A stretch of DNA of 64,000 bases from Bacteroidales bacterium (GTDB lineage Bacteria > Bacteroidota > Bacteroidia > Bacteroidales > GCA-2711565). This document shows positions 41,299 to 49,696 of the stretch, one piece after another. Under the pieces are notes generated by a model. It had not been told where the DNA came from. It saw nothing but the letters and a program-made list of their open reading frames with translations, and did not search any database. The stretch is taken from positions 2,498,210 to 2,562,209 of the forward strand of contig OY760934.1 of assembly GCA_963664245.1 (NCBI GenBank), read 5' to 3'. How positions within the stretch are numbered: position 1 is the first letter of the stretch; every line of letters starts with the position of its first letter. The position numbers and the translations under genes are program-made.

Positions 41299-41802
41299 AT
41301 GACTCCAAAAGTAAGTATTATCATGGGCAGCACGTCCGATCTTCCGGTGATGGAAAAAGCGGCCGCCTTTTTAGATGAGATGGAAATTCCGTTTGAGTTG
41401 AACGCGCTTTCGGCTCACCGTACCCCCGAAAAAGTTGAAGAATTTGCCAAAGGAGCCTATGAGCGCGGCATACGTGTAATTATTGCCGGAGCTGGCATGG
41501 CAGCTCACCTGCCGGGAGTAATTGCAGCCATGACTCCCGTTCCGGTGATTGGTGTCCCGATCAAAGCCAGTCTGGATGGTATGGATGCTTTGTTGGCTAT
41601 TGTTCAAATGCCTCCGGGTATTCCGGTAGCAACGGTTGGCATTAACGGTGCCCTGAATGCCGGTATTTTGGCCGCTCAAATTTTAGCAACCGACAACAAA
41701 GAATTGTACGCCAAAACTGTAGCTTACAAAGAAAACCTGAAACAAAAAATTGTAAAGGCCAACGAAGAATTAGCGAAGGTGGAGTATAAGTTTAAAGTAT
41801 AA
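41299..41802 (+). CDS. purE: N5-CAIR mutase
   Basis: IMGSTSD, SAHRTP, AGMAAHLPG, VQMPPGIPVATV. Confidence 0.97.
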   Translation: MTPKVSIIMGSTSDLPVMEKAAAFLDEMEIPFELNALSAHRTPEKVEEFAKGAYERGIRVIIAGAGMAAHLPGVIAAMTPVPVIGVPIKASLDGMDALLAIVQMPPGIPVATVGINGALNAGILAAQILATDNKELYAKTVAYKENLKQKIVKANEELAKVEYKFKV

Positions 41803-41909
41803 CACCCACCCCTTAGTCCCCTTCCTGAGGGAGGGGGGATTTTGGTGAAAAGATTTTGTATATAGGACATCGCCTTAAGGCGATGCCCTATAATTTTTAC
41901 AAGTTTGTT

Positions 41910-42160
41910 TTTATTTCGTTCCTACGGAACTTTGTGGTTTTGTGAGTAAGGTTTTTTATAACTATTTTGCCCCTAAAGGGGCTTTTGTTTTTTATAGTAA
42001 TGATTTTCTAATTCTTTCTTGTTGTTTTATCTGCTTGTCCCGTTAGGGACAACATATTTGTAAAAACTGAAAGCAGAAAGATGAATTAGTCCCGTAGGGA
42101 CGGGATAAGGGATTGGATTATGAATGTGGCTGCAGTAAGCAAGTTTAGGAAATTAAATAT
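41910..42160. repeat. REP-hairpin cluster R1 (direct repeat of 56212-56440)
   Basis: Hairpins GTTCCTACGGAAC, GCCCCTAAAGGGGC, GTCCCGTTAGGGAC, GTCCCGTAGGGAC; colinear with the second copy over about 200 bp. Confidence 0.85.
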
Positions 42161-42186
42161 CAATGTTATTGAGCGGAGTTTTTTAA

Positions 42187-43335
42187 TTAATCTGCAGCAA
42201 TAAATCCGAATTTAGTTAGTTCGTCTCTGTTTATCCATCCAATAATAGAATCAAATCTGATCTCGTAAGTATCATCATTGTCTTCATGTTTGATTAATTT
42301 AACATTTTTATTTGGTTCAACTTTATAGATAATAAAATTTGGTATTTTATCTTTTGCAGCAGCAGAGGTTTGATAAACAATAACCGTATCAGATGGCGAA
42401 ACATATCTTACATATTGTCGTTCATCTAATGGCAGGGCTTTTAGTTTCTTGGTGATTGTGTTGTAATGGTATATTCTTGTAGACCAATCTGTCAAAAAAA
42501 AGTCAGTTCTCTCGCTTGTTGTAAATTTTAAGGTTGAGTCATTTAAGTAACAGAGCTGATCTATTGTTATAGATCGATTTAATAATTTTACAAATTCACC
42601 TTTATTATTAAATCCTAAAATAACATCTTCATCATCATCACTATATCCATATAAGTGTATGAGCATTTCATCTCCTTCTCCGCCAATATATCCTTTATCA
42701 ATGTTTTTAATTTTAATCTGATTTTCTTTCAATTGGCCTACATCAACCATTTCAATATAGCCAATAGAATTCTCAACTAAAAACTCTGGTGGAATTGTTG
42801 TACAATCAAATGTCCAAAGCATTGTTGTATCTAACAAAATAAATGCAGCATCAAAAAAATCATTTGGCCTTTCGTTTAATACTTGTGGATCCCAACCAAT
42901 GTAAAACAAAGGATATCCATTAAAATTGTATTTGTAAAGAATTTTGCGGTATTCTACTTTTCCATAGTTTTCTTCAATATGTTTTAAGGTGTCAATAGTT
43001 CGAATCATTTTTCTATCAGAAAAAGATTTAAAGGATTTATTTTCTTTATACCAGTTTTGATTTTTGAAAAACAATACAAGGTTTGTGTCTTGAAACGGGT
43101 ATCCTTTTTTTGCAAAATATTGATTGCGCGAATACCTGATAAAGCTGGAAGAAAAATACTCCAGGTCTTTGATTGCTGTTCTGCCGGTCAATGTTTCAAC
43201 GCTATCAATAAGAATTGTTTTTTCAGCTTTTTTCTCACCTTTTGATTCCGTTGAGTTTAAGGCTTGTTTCGTTTCTTGATTACATGAAACGAAAACTATA
43301 AAAACAATGAAAATAAACAGATAAAGATTTCGCAT
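42187..43335 (-). CDS. Lipoprotein with YARHG-like domain and possible C-terminal SH3-like domain
   Basis: Lipobox FVSC; RNQYFAKKGYPF...FFKNQNWY; YEIRFDSIIGWI. Confidence 0.65.
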   Translation of the reverse strand: MRNLYLFIFIVFIVFVSCNQETKQALNSTESKGEKKAEKTILIDSVETLTGRTAIKDLEYFSSSFIRYSRNQYFAKKGYPFQDTNLVLFFKNQNWYKENKSFKSFSDRKMIRTIDTLKHIEENYGKVEYRKILYKYNFNGYPLFYIGWDPQVLNERPNDFFDAAFILLDTTMLWTFDCTTIPPEFLVENSIGYIEMVDVGQLKENQIKIKNIDKGYIGGEGDEMLIHLYGYSDDDEDVILGFNNKGEFVKLLNRSITIDQLCYLNDSTLKFTTSERTDFFLTDWSTRIYHYNTITKKLKALPLDERQYVRYVSPSDTVIVYQTSAAAKDKIPNFIIYKVEPNKNVKLIKHEDNDDTYEIRFDSIIGWINRDELTKFGFIAAD

Positions 43336-43379
43336 ATAAATAATTTTTTAGCCCGTTGTTTTTATTGAATAATAAATTA

Positions 43380-44093
43380 TCAGTCACAATCGCAGGAGTA
43401 TAATTCAATACAATTATTTTTGATTGTTATTTTAATCTCCCCGGTAGCTCCTGTTCCTGTGAATGTATACGTCTGATTTTTCAGTCCTTTTAATTTGGGT
43501 GTTTCATATTCAATGCCCATGATTGTATCAAGAACAAAAGTGTGGCGGGCTATCATGATGTGAAAAACCTCATTAAAAGATAATTCCTTGAAAATATGCA
43601 AATGATTAAAACAACCATCATTCTGGGTGTAAATGTATTCCCCTCTTTCGTATAAAGTTATTTCATCTTGTACAACAATTTTCTTTCCTTCAGTTTTAAT
43701 GGTTCTTTCAACTTTTTTGAATCCAATCCTTTTTCCAAACAAGACAAAATAATTTAAATCATAACCATCGAATTTGTTTTTTAATAAGCAATTATATTTT
43801 GAGCAATCTCCACTAAAAACAAACCCAACATTTCCATTATATCTAACTTTTTGCCAATGGCCTTTTAAGACTACCCCTGAAATAGTTTTAGAAACCTTAT
43901 CTTCCATACGGTTTTCTAAAAGTAAAAGAACCGAATTTAATTTAGGATTATCAAGTATTTTTGAATCAAAAAAAGGTTTCTCAAATAATTCCGTTCCATT
44001 GTAATTTAAAACATAAATCGAATCAGAATTTAATTGAGAAAATGAAATAAGAGGCAGAAGAAACAATAAAAAAAAGCCAATAAATTTTTTCAT
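43380..44093 (-). CDS. Exported protein with SH3b-like domain
   Basis: Signal peptide; GHWQKVRYNGNVGFVFSG. Confidence 0.6.
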   Translation of the reverse strand: MKKFIGFFLLFLLPLISFSQLNSDSIYVLNYNGTELFEKPFFDSKILDNPKLNSVLLLLENRMEDKVSKTISGVVLKGHWQKVRYNGNVGFVFSGDCSKYNCLLKNKFDGYDLNYFVLFGKRIGFKKVERTIKTEGKKIVVQDEITLYERGEYIYTQNDGCFNHLHIFKELSFNEVFHIMIARHTFVLDTIMGIEYETPKLKGLKNQTYTFTGTGATGEIKITIKNNCIELYSCDCD

Positions 44094-44106
44094 AAAATCA
44101 ATTTTT

Positions 44107-44244
44107 GATTTGTCCCGGGGAGAAAAACAAATCCGTTTTTGAATTAGGGTAAATGTATTAAAAATTCTTAATTAGACAATGTAACGAATTAACGATATAA
44201 TAATTTTTGATTTACTGCTTGCTGCCACTGCTACTGCCAACTTT
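44107..44244 (-). repeat. Promoter-like box + leader hairpin, copy B (L1; direct repeat of 57653-57786)
   Basis: GATTTGTCCCGGGGAGAAAAACAAATCCGT...GGTAAAT...ATGTAACGAATTAACGATATAATAATTTTTGATTTACTG...CTGCCAACTTT. Confidence 0.85.
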
Positions 44245-44321
44245 TTAAAGTCAGTATATCTAAAATGATTCAAAATTAGGTCTTTGGTAGGTCCGGGAGG
44301 TGATTGGATAAAATTATTTTT

Positions 44322-44329
44322 TAAGTTTG
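44322..44329 (+). promoter_or_regulatory. Bacteroidota -7 box upstream of aprB
   Basis: TAAGTTTG, 54 nt before the aprB ATG. Confidence 0.5.
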
Positions 44330-44383
44330 TGCAAATTATAATGAATTGGATTATAATTCTTAATCAAATAAAAAACCTAGATT

Positions 44384-44818
44384 ATGCCAAGTTTTGTGAT
44401 TAATGAAAAGTGCGATGGTTGTAAAGCTCAGGATCGCACCGCCTGCCAGTATATTTGTCCGAACGATTTAATGGTGCTGGATAAAGAAAAAAACAAAGCC
44501 TATAACCGTGCCGTGGATATGTGCTGGGAATGTTATAGTTGTGTAAAAATTTGTCCGACCCAGGCCATTGAGATCAGGGGGTATGCCGATTTTATGCCCC
44601 TGGGAGCTACGGTTCAACCCATGCGAAGCACCGATGCCATCATGTGGTCGGTTCGTTTCCGTAATAAAAAAATCAAACGGTTTAAGTTCCCCATCCGTAC
44701 AACCGAAGAAGGAAGCATCCAGCCTGATGCCGGATTCTCTACCGGAACCGATGATTTGCACGATCCGCACCTGAGAACCGAACCCGATTCTATCGGAACC
44801 GATTTGTACAAAAAATAA
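44384..44818 (+). CDS. aprB: Adenylylsulfate (APS) reductase beta subunit
   Basis: MPSFV...CDGCKAQDRTACQYICPNDLM, CWECYSCVKICP, RGYADF, FKFPIRTT. Confidence 0.96.
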   Translation: MPSFVINEKCDGCKAQDRTACQYICPNDLMVLDKEKNKAYNRAVDMCWECYSCVKICPTQAIEIRGYADFMPLGATVQPMRSTDAIMWSVRFRNKKIKRFKFPIRTTEEGSIQPDAGFSTGTDDLHDPHLRTEPDSIGTDLYKK

Positions 44819-44840
44819 ATCCTCATTAAAACCTCTTGAC

Positions 44841-46727
44841 ATGAATATCGATAATTTTGAAACCATACAGATAGAAACCGATTTGTTAATCTTAGGCGGT
44901 GGCATGGCTGCCTGCGGGGCTGCTTTTGAGGCATCGCATTGGGCCAAAAAACACAATATGAAAGTCACGGTTGTGGATAAGGCTTCATTGGAAAGAAGTG
45001 GTGCCGTTGCCATGGGGCTTTCCGCCATTAATCTTTATTTGGGATTGAAAAATGGCAAAAACACCATCGAAGATTATGTAAATTATGTGAAGACCGATTT
45101 AATGGGTATTGCCCGCGAAGACTTGGTTGCCAACATTGCCCGCCATGTGGATTCCACGGTTCACCTGTTTGAAAAATGGGGCTTGCCGATTTGGAAAGAT
45201 GAAAAAGGAAATTACGTGAATGAAGGTCGCTGGCAAATTATGATCCATGGCGAATCGTATAAAAATATTGTTTCGGAAGCCGCCAAAAACGCTCTCAAAG
45301 AATTGGACGGAAACGGTGAATATTATGAACGCATTTTTATTACCGAACCCATTATGGATGGCGACCGTTGTGTGGGAGCCGCCGGGTTTAGTGTTCGCGA
45401 AAACAAATTTTATATTTTCAAGGCAAAAGCCGTATTGGATACCATGGGTGGAGCTGTGCATGTGTTCCGTCCGCGCTCGGTGGGCGAAGGTTTGGGACGT
45501 TCGTGGTACCCGCCTTTTAATTCCGGGGCAAGTGCTTATTTTACCCTGAAAGCCGGGGCCGAGATGACCTGCCAGGAAGTGCGTTTTGTGCCGGTTCGGT
45601 TTAAAGATTCTTACGGTCCCGTAGGTGCGTGGTTCTTGTTGTTCAAATCAAAAGCCACCAATGCCAAGGGCGAAGATTATATGGAAACCCGTAAAGCCGA
45701 ACTCGAAAACTGGGCTCCTTACGGAACTGCCAAACCCACCCCCGCCAACCTTCGGAATTACCTAATGATGCAGGAAGTGGAAGAAGGCAACGGCCCGATT
45801 TACATGAAAACCGATGATGCTATCCGCGAATTGGTTGCCAACATTCCGGATGAAAAAGAAGCCAAGCGCAAATTAAAAGAACTGGAATCGGAAGCCTGGG
45901 AAGACTTTTTGGATATGACGGTGAGTCAGGCTCTGAACTGGGCGGCACACAACATCATGCCCGAAGAAACACCTTCTGAAATTGCTGCTTGCGAACCCTA
46001 CTTTATCAGCTCGCATTCGGGAGCATCCGGGGCATGGATCAGCGGTCCGAAAGATTTGGCTCCCGGTGAAAAATTCTGGGGCTATCCCAACATGACAACC
46101 ATCAAAGGATTGTTTGCGGCCGGCGATGCCAGCGGGGCATCTTCTCATAAATTCTCTTCCGGCTCTTTCACCGAAGGACGGATTGCAGCCAAATCGGCCA
46201 TTGCTTTTTGCGCCGATCATGAGGCTCCGGCAGCTACCGATACTGAAAAAATAGAGGAACTGAAGAAACGTATTTTGCAACCCCTGGCAGTTTTCGAAGA
46301 GCATAAAGATTATGCCAACGACGAGGATGTAAACCCGAATTTTATCAAGCCTAAAATGTTTATGTTCCGTCTGCAAAAAATTATGGATGAGTATGCCGGG
46401 GGAGCTTCGGTAGGATTTAAAACTTCCAAAGCTTTGCTTGAAAAAGGACTGGAATTTTTGCAATACATGAAAGAAGATTCGGAAAAACTGGCGGCTTCAA
46501 ACTTGAATGAGCTGATGCGTTGCTGGGAGAATATCCACCGCATGTGGCAGGCCGAATCGCATCTTCGCACGGTATTGTTCAGGGAAGAAACCCGCTGGCC
46601 GGGCTATTATTTCCGAACCGATCATCCGCAAATGAAGCCCGATTGGGAATGTTTTGCCAATTGTAAATGGAACCCCGAAACCAACGAGTGGGAAATGATG
46701 AAACGCGAGATCGAAAGTATGAAATAA
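44841..46727 (+). CDS. aprA: Adenylylsulfate (APS) reductase alpha subunit
   Basis: GGGMAACG, ERSGAVAMGLSAIN, WQIMIHGESYK, RFKDSYGPVGAWF, EAWEDFLDM, HKFSSGSFTEGR, FREETRWPGYY. Confidence 0.97.
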   Translation: MNIDNFETIQIETDLLILGGGMAACGAAFEASHWAKKHNMKVTVVDKASLERSGAVAMGLSAINLYLGLKNGKNTIEDYVNYVKTDLMGIAREDLVANIARHVDSTVHLFEKWGLPIWKDEKGNYVNEGRWQIMIHGESYKNIVSEAAKNALKELDGNGEYYERIFITEPIMDGDRCVGAAGFSVRENKFYIFKAKAVLDTMGGAVHVFRPRSVGEGLGRSWYPPFNSGASAYFTLKAGAEMTCQEVRFVPVRFKDSYGPVGAWFLLFKSKATNAKGEDYMETRKAELENWAPYGTAKPTPANLRNYLMMQEVEEGNGPIYMKTDDAIRELVANIPDEKEAKRKLKELESEAWEDFLDMTVSQALNWAAHNIMPEETPSEIAACEPYFISSHSGASGAWISGPKDLAPGEKFWGYPNMTTIKGLFAAGDASGASSHKFSSGSFTEGRIAAKSAIAFCADHEAPAATDTEKIEELKKRILQPLAVFEEHKDYANDEDVNPNFIKPKMFMFRLQKIMDEYAGGASVGFKTSKALLEKGLEFLQYMKEDSEKLAASNLNELMRCWENIHRMWQAESHLRTVLFREETRWPGYYFRTDHPQMKPDWECFANCKWNPETNEWEMMKREIESMK

Positions 46728-46755
46728 AGAGCATAAAAAACGGAGGCTGAGACGG

Positions 46756-46780
46756 TCCTTGAGCGGAGTCGAAGGGAGTC
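46756..46780. repeat. Single REP-like unit at the left border of the AT-rich insert
   Basis: CCTTGAGCGGAGTCGAAGGG, same family as the 39377 and 41011 elements. Confidence 0.55.
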
Positions 46781-46875
46781 AAAGCTGAAGTGTTTGAATA
46801 GTTGCAGGAGACAGTTGGCAGAAAGCAGCAAGAATTACTAAAGGGTTCTATCCATTGTGTTTTTTTTACAAAAAA

Positions 46876-46908
46876 TTTGCTATAATACAATTTTATGTAC
46901 TATATTTG
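46876..46908 (+). promoter_or_regulatory. Consensus Bacteroidota sigma-A promoter of the insert
   Basis: TTTG (46876-79), 21-nt spacer, TATATTTG (46901-08). Confidence 0.7.
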
Positions 46909-46939
46909 CATAATTGTAGTTAATTTATATGAGATTATA

Positions 46940-47173
46940 ATGAAAAATATAGATGTTAAAAGAGAAAGATTTGAAAAAGTTGCTAGTAAAAGAACACAAC
47001 TCTTATTGGATACATTTGATAAGCTTATAAAATGTTCAAATAGGAATAATTATGAATATAGTGAAGAAGATATTAAAAAGATGTTTAAAACCATCAAAGA
47101 AAAATTAAAGTATGTTGAAAATGCATATCTACAAGAGTTACAAAAAAACATAAAAAACAAATTTGAGTTTTAA
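46940..47173 (+). CDS. Small helical protein, possible regulator (start revised from 46895 to ATG 46940)
   Basis: MKNIDVKRERFEKVASKRT...LIKCSNRNNYEYSEEDIKKMF. The longer ORF start would overlap the promoter box. Confidence 0.7.
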   Translation: MKNIDVKRERFEKVASKRTQLLLDTFDKLIKCSNRNNYEYSEEDIKKMFKTIKEKLKYVENAYLQELQKNIKNKFEF

Positions 47174-47205
47174 TTTTTAATAAAAATATTATAAACAATG
47201 AACTA

Positions 47206-49029
47206 TTGTTTATGAATACAAATAATATAAATGTAAAATATGATATAAAACGAATTTTATCCAATCTTGATGAAATGGATACAGATAAGTTGAATAATGA
47301 GTTAAAATTTAAATTTAAGACTTTATCTGTAAGGAGTTATAATGCAATTTTTTATTATCTAGAAAAGGATATTTCAATAACAAATTATTTTGAGTCAATC
47401 ATTAATTACAAGAACTTTAATTTTAGAAATATAAGAAACGTAGGAAGTAAAAGTATAATAGAACTTGAGCTTTTACATGAACAAATTATTTCATTAATAT
47501 ACGAATACGATCAATTCCACTCTAAGAACGAGATCAAAGATGAAATTAAGAATCGCCCTTATTTTAATTTAGTATCATGTTTAGATAATGAAGAAATATT
47601 TTTATTGAACAAGTATTTAGAAGTTAAAATTGATAGATTAACTGCTCGCTCAAGAAATGCATTAAATGATTATCTCAATCATGAAGTAAGTTTTAAGAAT
47701 TATTATGAAAACATCATTAATAACGAAGCTTTAAGATTTTGTAAACTAAGAAATATTGGTGTAAAAACTATTAAAGAATTAGAGCTTTTACATAGTGAAA
47801 TTATTTTCTATTTATCTGACATAAAGTCAAAGAGAAATAAAAGAGAAGAATATTATAGTTTTCTTTTAGAAGATTTATTTAATCTTAGTAATGATCAAAA
47901 AATAGAATTAAAAGGATATTTATGTGAGAACAAAATACCCATTTTTAAAATTATTTGGTATATAATTGAAAACACTTCTCTATTCAACAAAACACAAAAG
48001 TTAGTTTTTAAAAATATTTTTCTATACAAAGAAGATAATCATCAATTAACACTTTCAGGAATAGGTGAAATTACCAATCTGACAAGAGAAAGAGTTCGCC
48101 AAATTCGAGTAAAATTACTAGAAAATATTTCAAACTTATTTGAATTTGTATCTTATTTCAACTATAATCATATCAATACATATAAAATTAATAAAAATCA
48201 AAATATAATTATTATTAATAATTCTACTGCACAAGAAATATGTAAAAATGAATTGGTTAATTTTTCAAGCTTGTTCTATGAAATAATATTCTCAATATTA
48301 TTAAGAAAAACTCATAAAATTATCGAAATTGAATACATAAAAAAAGCAAAATTCTCACATAATTACCTGATAAAAAGTAGTTTATTTTTTGCCTTCGATT
48401 ATAAATCATTTTTGAATGATATGTTTGATGGGCTTAACGAACGAGTAAAAAATTCCTATAAAATAAATCTGAAGGAATTTATATCATGTTATTATAATGA
48501 AATATATCAAACAGAATTTAAAGAAGTATATGCCACTGTAAAAGAAATTTTGCAAATAGAGCATAACATCATTGTCGATAGTAATGATTATATATTGATC
48601 GAAAAGAATACTCCGATATTAGCACATGAATATGTACTTAAAATTCTTCGATATTACAAAAAGCCAATGCACTACACAGAAATTTACGATGAATGTATTA
48701 AACGTGGTTACCCCGCAAAGTCGCCACTAAATGTACACGCTAATATTCAGAGAGAACCAAAAATATTTGGCTTAAAAGGACCAGGCACCTTCGGATTAAT
48801 TGAATGGGGTGAATATTATGGCTCAATAGGTGATGTAACGGAACAAATTTTGAAAGAAAGAAATAAGCCAATACGATTAAAAGATATAGTTGAAATAATA
48901 AGTAATGAATTGATTGTCTCTCAAGATTCCATTCCAAACGTACTCTTTAATTATAAACATGAAAAAAGATTTTTGAAACTTAGAAGCGGTAAAGTTGCTT
49001 TAAAGGAGTGGTATGACATTAATAAATAA
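47206..49029 (+). CDS. Multidomain protein: 2x RNAP alpha-CTD-like, sigma-70 region-4 HTH, C-terminal HARE-HTH/delta-like winged helices
   Basis: LSVRSYNAI...IRNVGSKSIIEL and LTARSRNAL...LRNIGVKTIKEL; LTLSGIGEITNLTRERVRQI; ILRYYKKPMHYTEIY and ILKERNKPIRLKDI...VALKEW. Confidence 0.8.
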   Translation: MFMNTNNINVKYDIKRILSNLDEMDTDKLNNELKFKFKTLSVRSYNAIFYYLEKDISITNYFESIINYKNFNFRNIRNVGSKSIIELELLHEQIISLIYEYDQFHSKNEIKDEIKNRPYFNLVSCLDNEEIFLLNKYLEVKIDRLTARSRNALNDYLNHEVSFKNYYENIINNEALRFCKLRNIGVKTIKELELLHSEIIFYLSDIKSKRNKREEYYSFLLEDLFNLSNDQKIELKGYLCENKIPIFKIIWYIIENTSLFNKTQKLVFKNIFLYKEDNHQLTLSGIGEITNLTRERVRQIRVKLLENISNLFEFVSYFNYNHINTYKINKNQNIIIINNSTAQEICKNELVNFSSLFYEIIFSILLRKTHKIIEIEYIKKAKFSHNYLIKSSLFFAFDYKSFLNDMFDGLNERVKNSYKINLKEFISCYYNEIYQTEFKEVYATVKEILQIEHNIIVDSNDYILIEKNTPILAHEYVLKILRYYKKPMHYTEIYDECIKRGYPAKSPLNVHANIQREPKIFGLKGPGTFGLIEWGEYYGSIGDVTEQILKERNKPIRLKDIVEIISNELIVSQDSIPNVLFNYKHEKRFLKLRSGKVALKEWYDINK

Positions 49030-49034
49030 ATCAC

Positions 49035-49694
49035 ATGAATGAAAATATAAAGTTGCGAATTGCCAAAACAAGTGAATTAGAAAGTCTTAAAAAACTCTCA
49101 ACCGAGAAACTAATTATCTGGATCATTGGCAAAAGTAGAGAGCTAAATTTAACTTTTTCTGTTGAGGAAATTGTAATAGAATCGTGGTTGATTAATCCAG
49201 AAAAACACGCTTTGCGTGGTTTTCCTCAATTTCCAGACAGTAATTCAGTTGCAAAACGTATTGGTGAGATGAAAGGTAAAAAAGGCTTGCTAAGAGGTTC
49301 AGATATGATAGGATATCATTTGACAGAAATTTCAAAAGTAATCTATCAAGATTTAGTTGAATTAATAAAACATAAAAAGGTTATAGAGAAGAAAGGTGTA
49401 AAAGCTGCAAATCGAAATATCTTTTCAATTGATGAAACTCCTTATAATAAGCTGAAAAAAACTCCTGTATACATTAAAGTAAAAGAAAAAAAATATAATG
49501 AAATTGTTGAAACAGATTTTCTCTATTTCTATGGAATAAATTGGCACTCAAAAACAAGTTTTGTACAGAGCAGGTTAAAAAATATAGATATGATAGTTGA
49601 AGAATTTTCTAAAAATGATCCAATATTATTGGAGGTACATACTATATTGAATGAGAAATTCCAGAACATTAAAAATCAATTAATCAAAAAATAA
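49035..49694 (+). CDS. Hypothetical protein, possible winged-helix N-domain
   Basis: FSVEEIVIESWLINPEKHALRGFPQFPDS...GYHLTEIS; 5-nt and 2-nt gaps to its neighbours. Confidence 0.65.
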   Translation: MNENIKLRIAKTSELESLKKLSTEKLIIWIIGKSRELNLTFSVEEIVIESWLINPEKHALRGFPQFPDSNSVAKRIGEMKGKKGLLRGSDMIGYHLTEISKVIYQDLVELIKHKKVIEKKGVKAANRNIFSIDETPYNKLKKTPVYIKVKEKKYNEIVETDFLYFYGINWHSKTSFVQSRLKNIDMIVEEFSKNDPILLEVHTILNEKFQNIKNQLIKK

Positions 49695-49696
49695 CC

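Noticed and set aside
41804-42160. Possible CRISPR array or tRNA in the hairpin-rich intergenic region
   Set aside because: The hairpins differ from each other and are irregularly spaced, there are no cas genes, and no cloverleaf or T-loop consensus is seen. REP-type elements fit better.
44841-46727. Succinate dehydrogenase/fumarate reductase or L-aspartate oxidase flavoprotein
   Set aside because: It has AprA-specific motifs (WQIMIHGESYK, HKFSSGS) and a cognate aprB directly upstream.
46579-46890. Short - strand ORFs (103 aa and 69 aa) after aprA, and the 56107-56325 ORF after qmoC
   Set aside because: They overlap real gene ends and translate REP/low-complexity repeats (e.g. PFDSAQG is the REP read in frame).
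47206-49029. True sigma factor or second rpoA
   Set aside because: It lacks sigma region 2 and the alpha N-terminal assembly domain.
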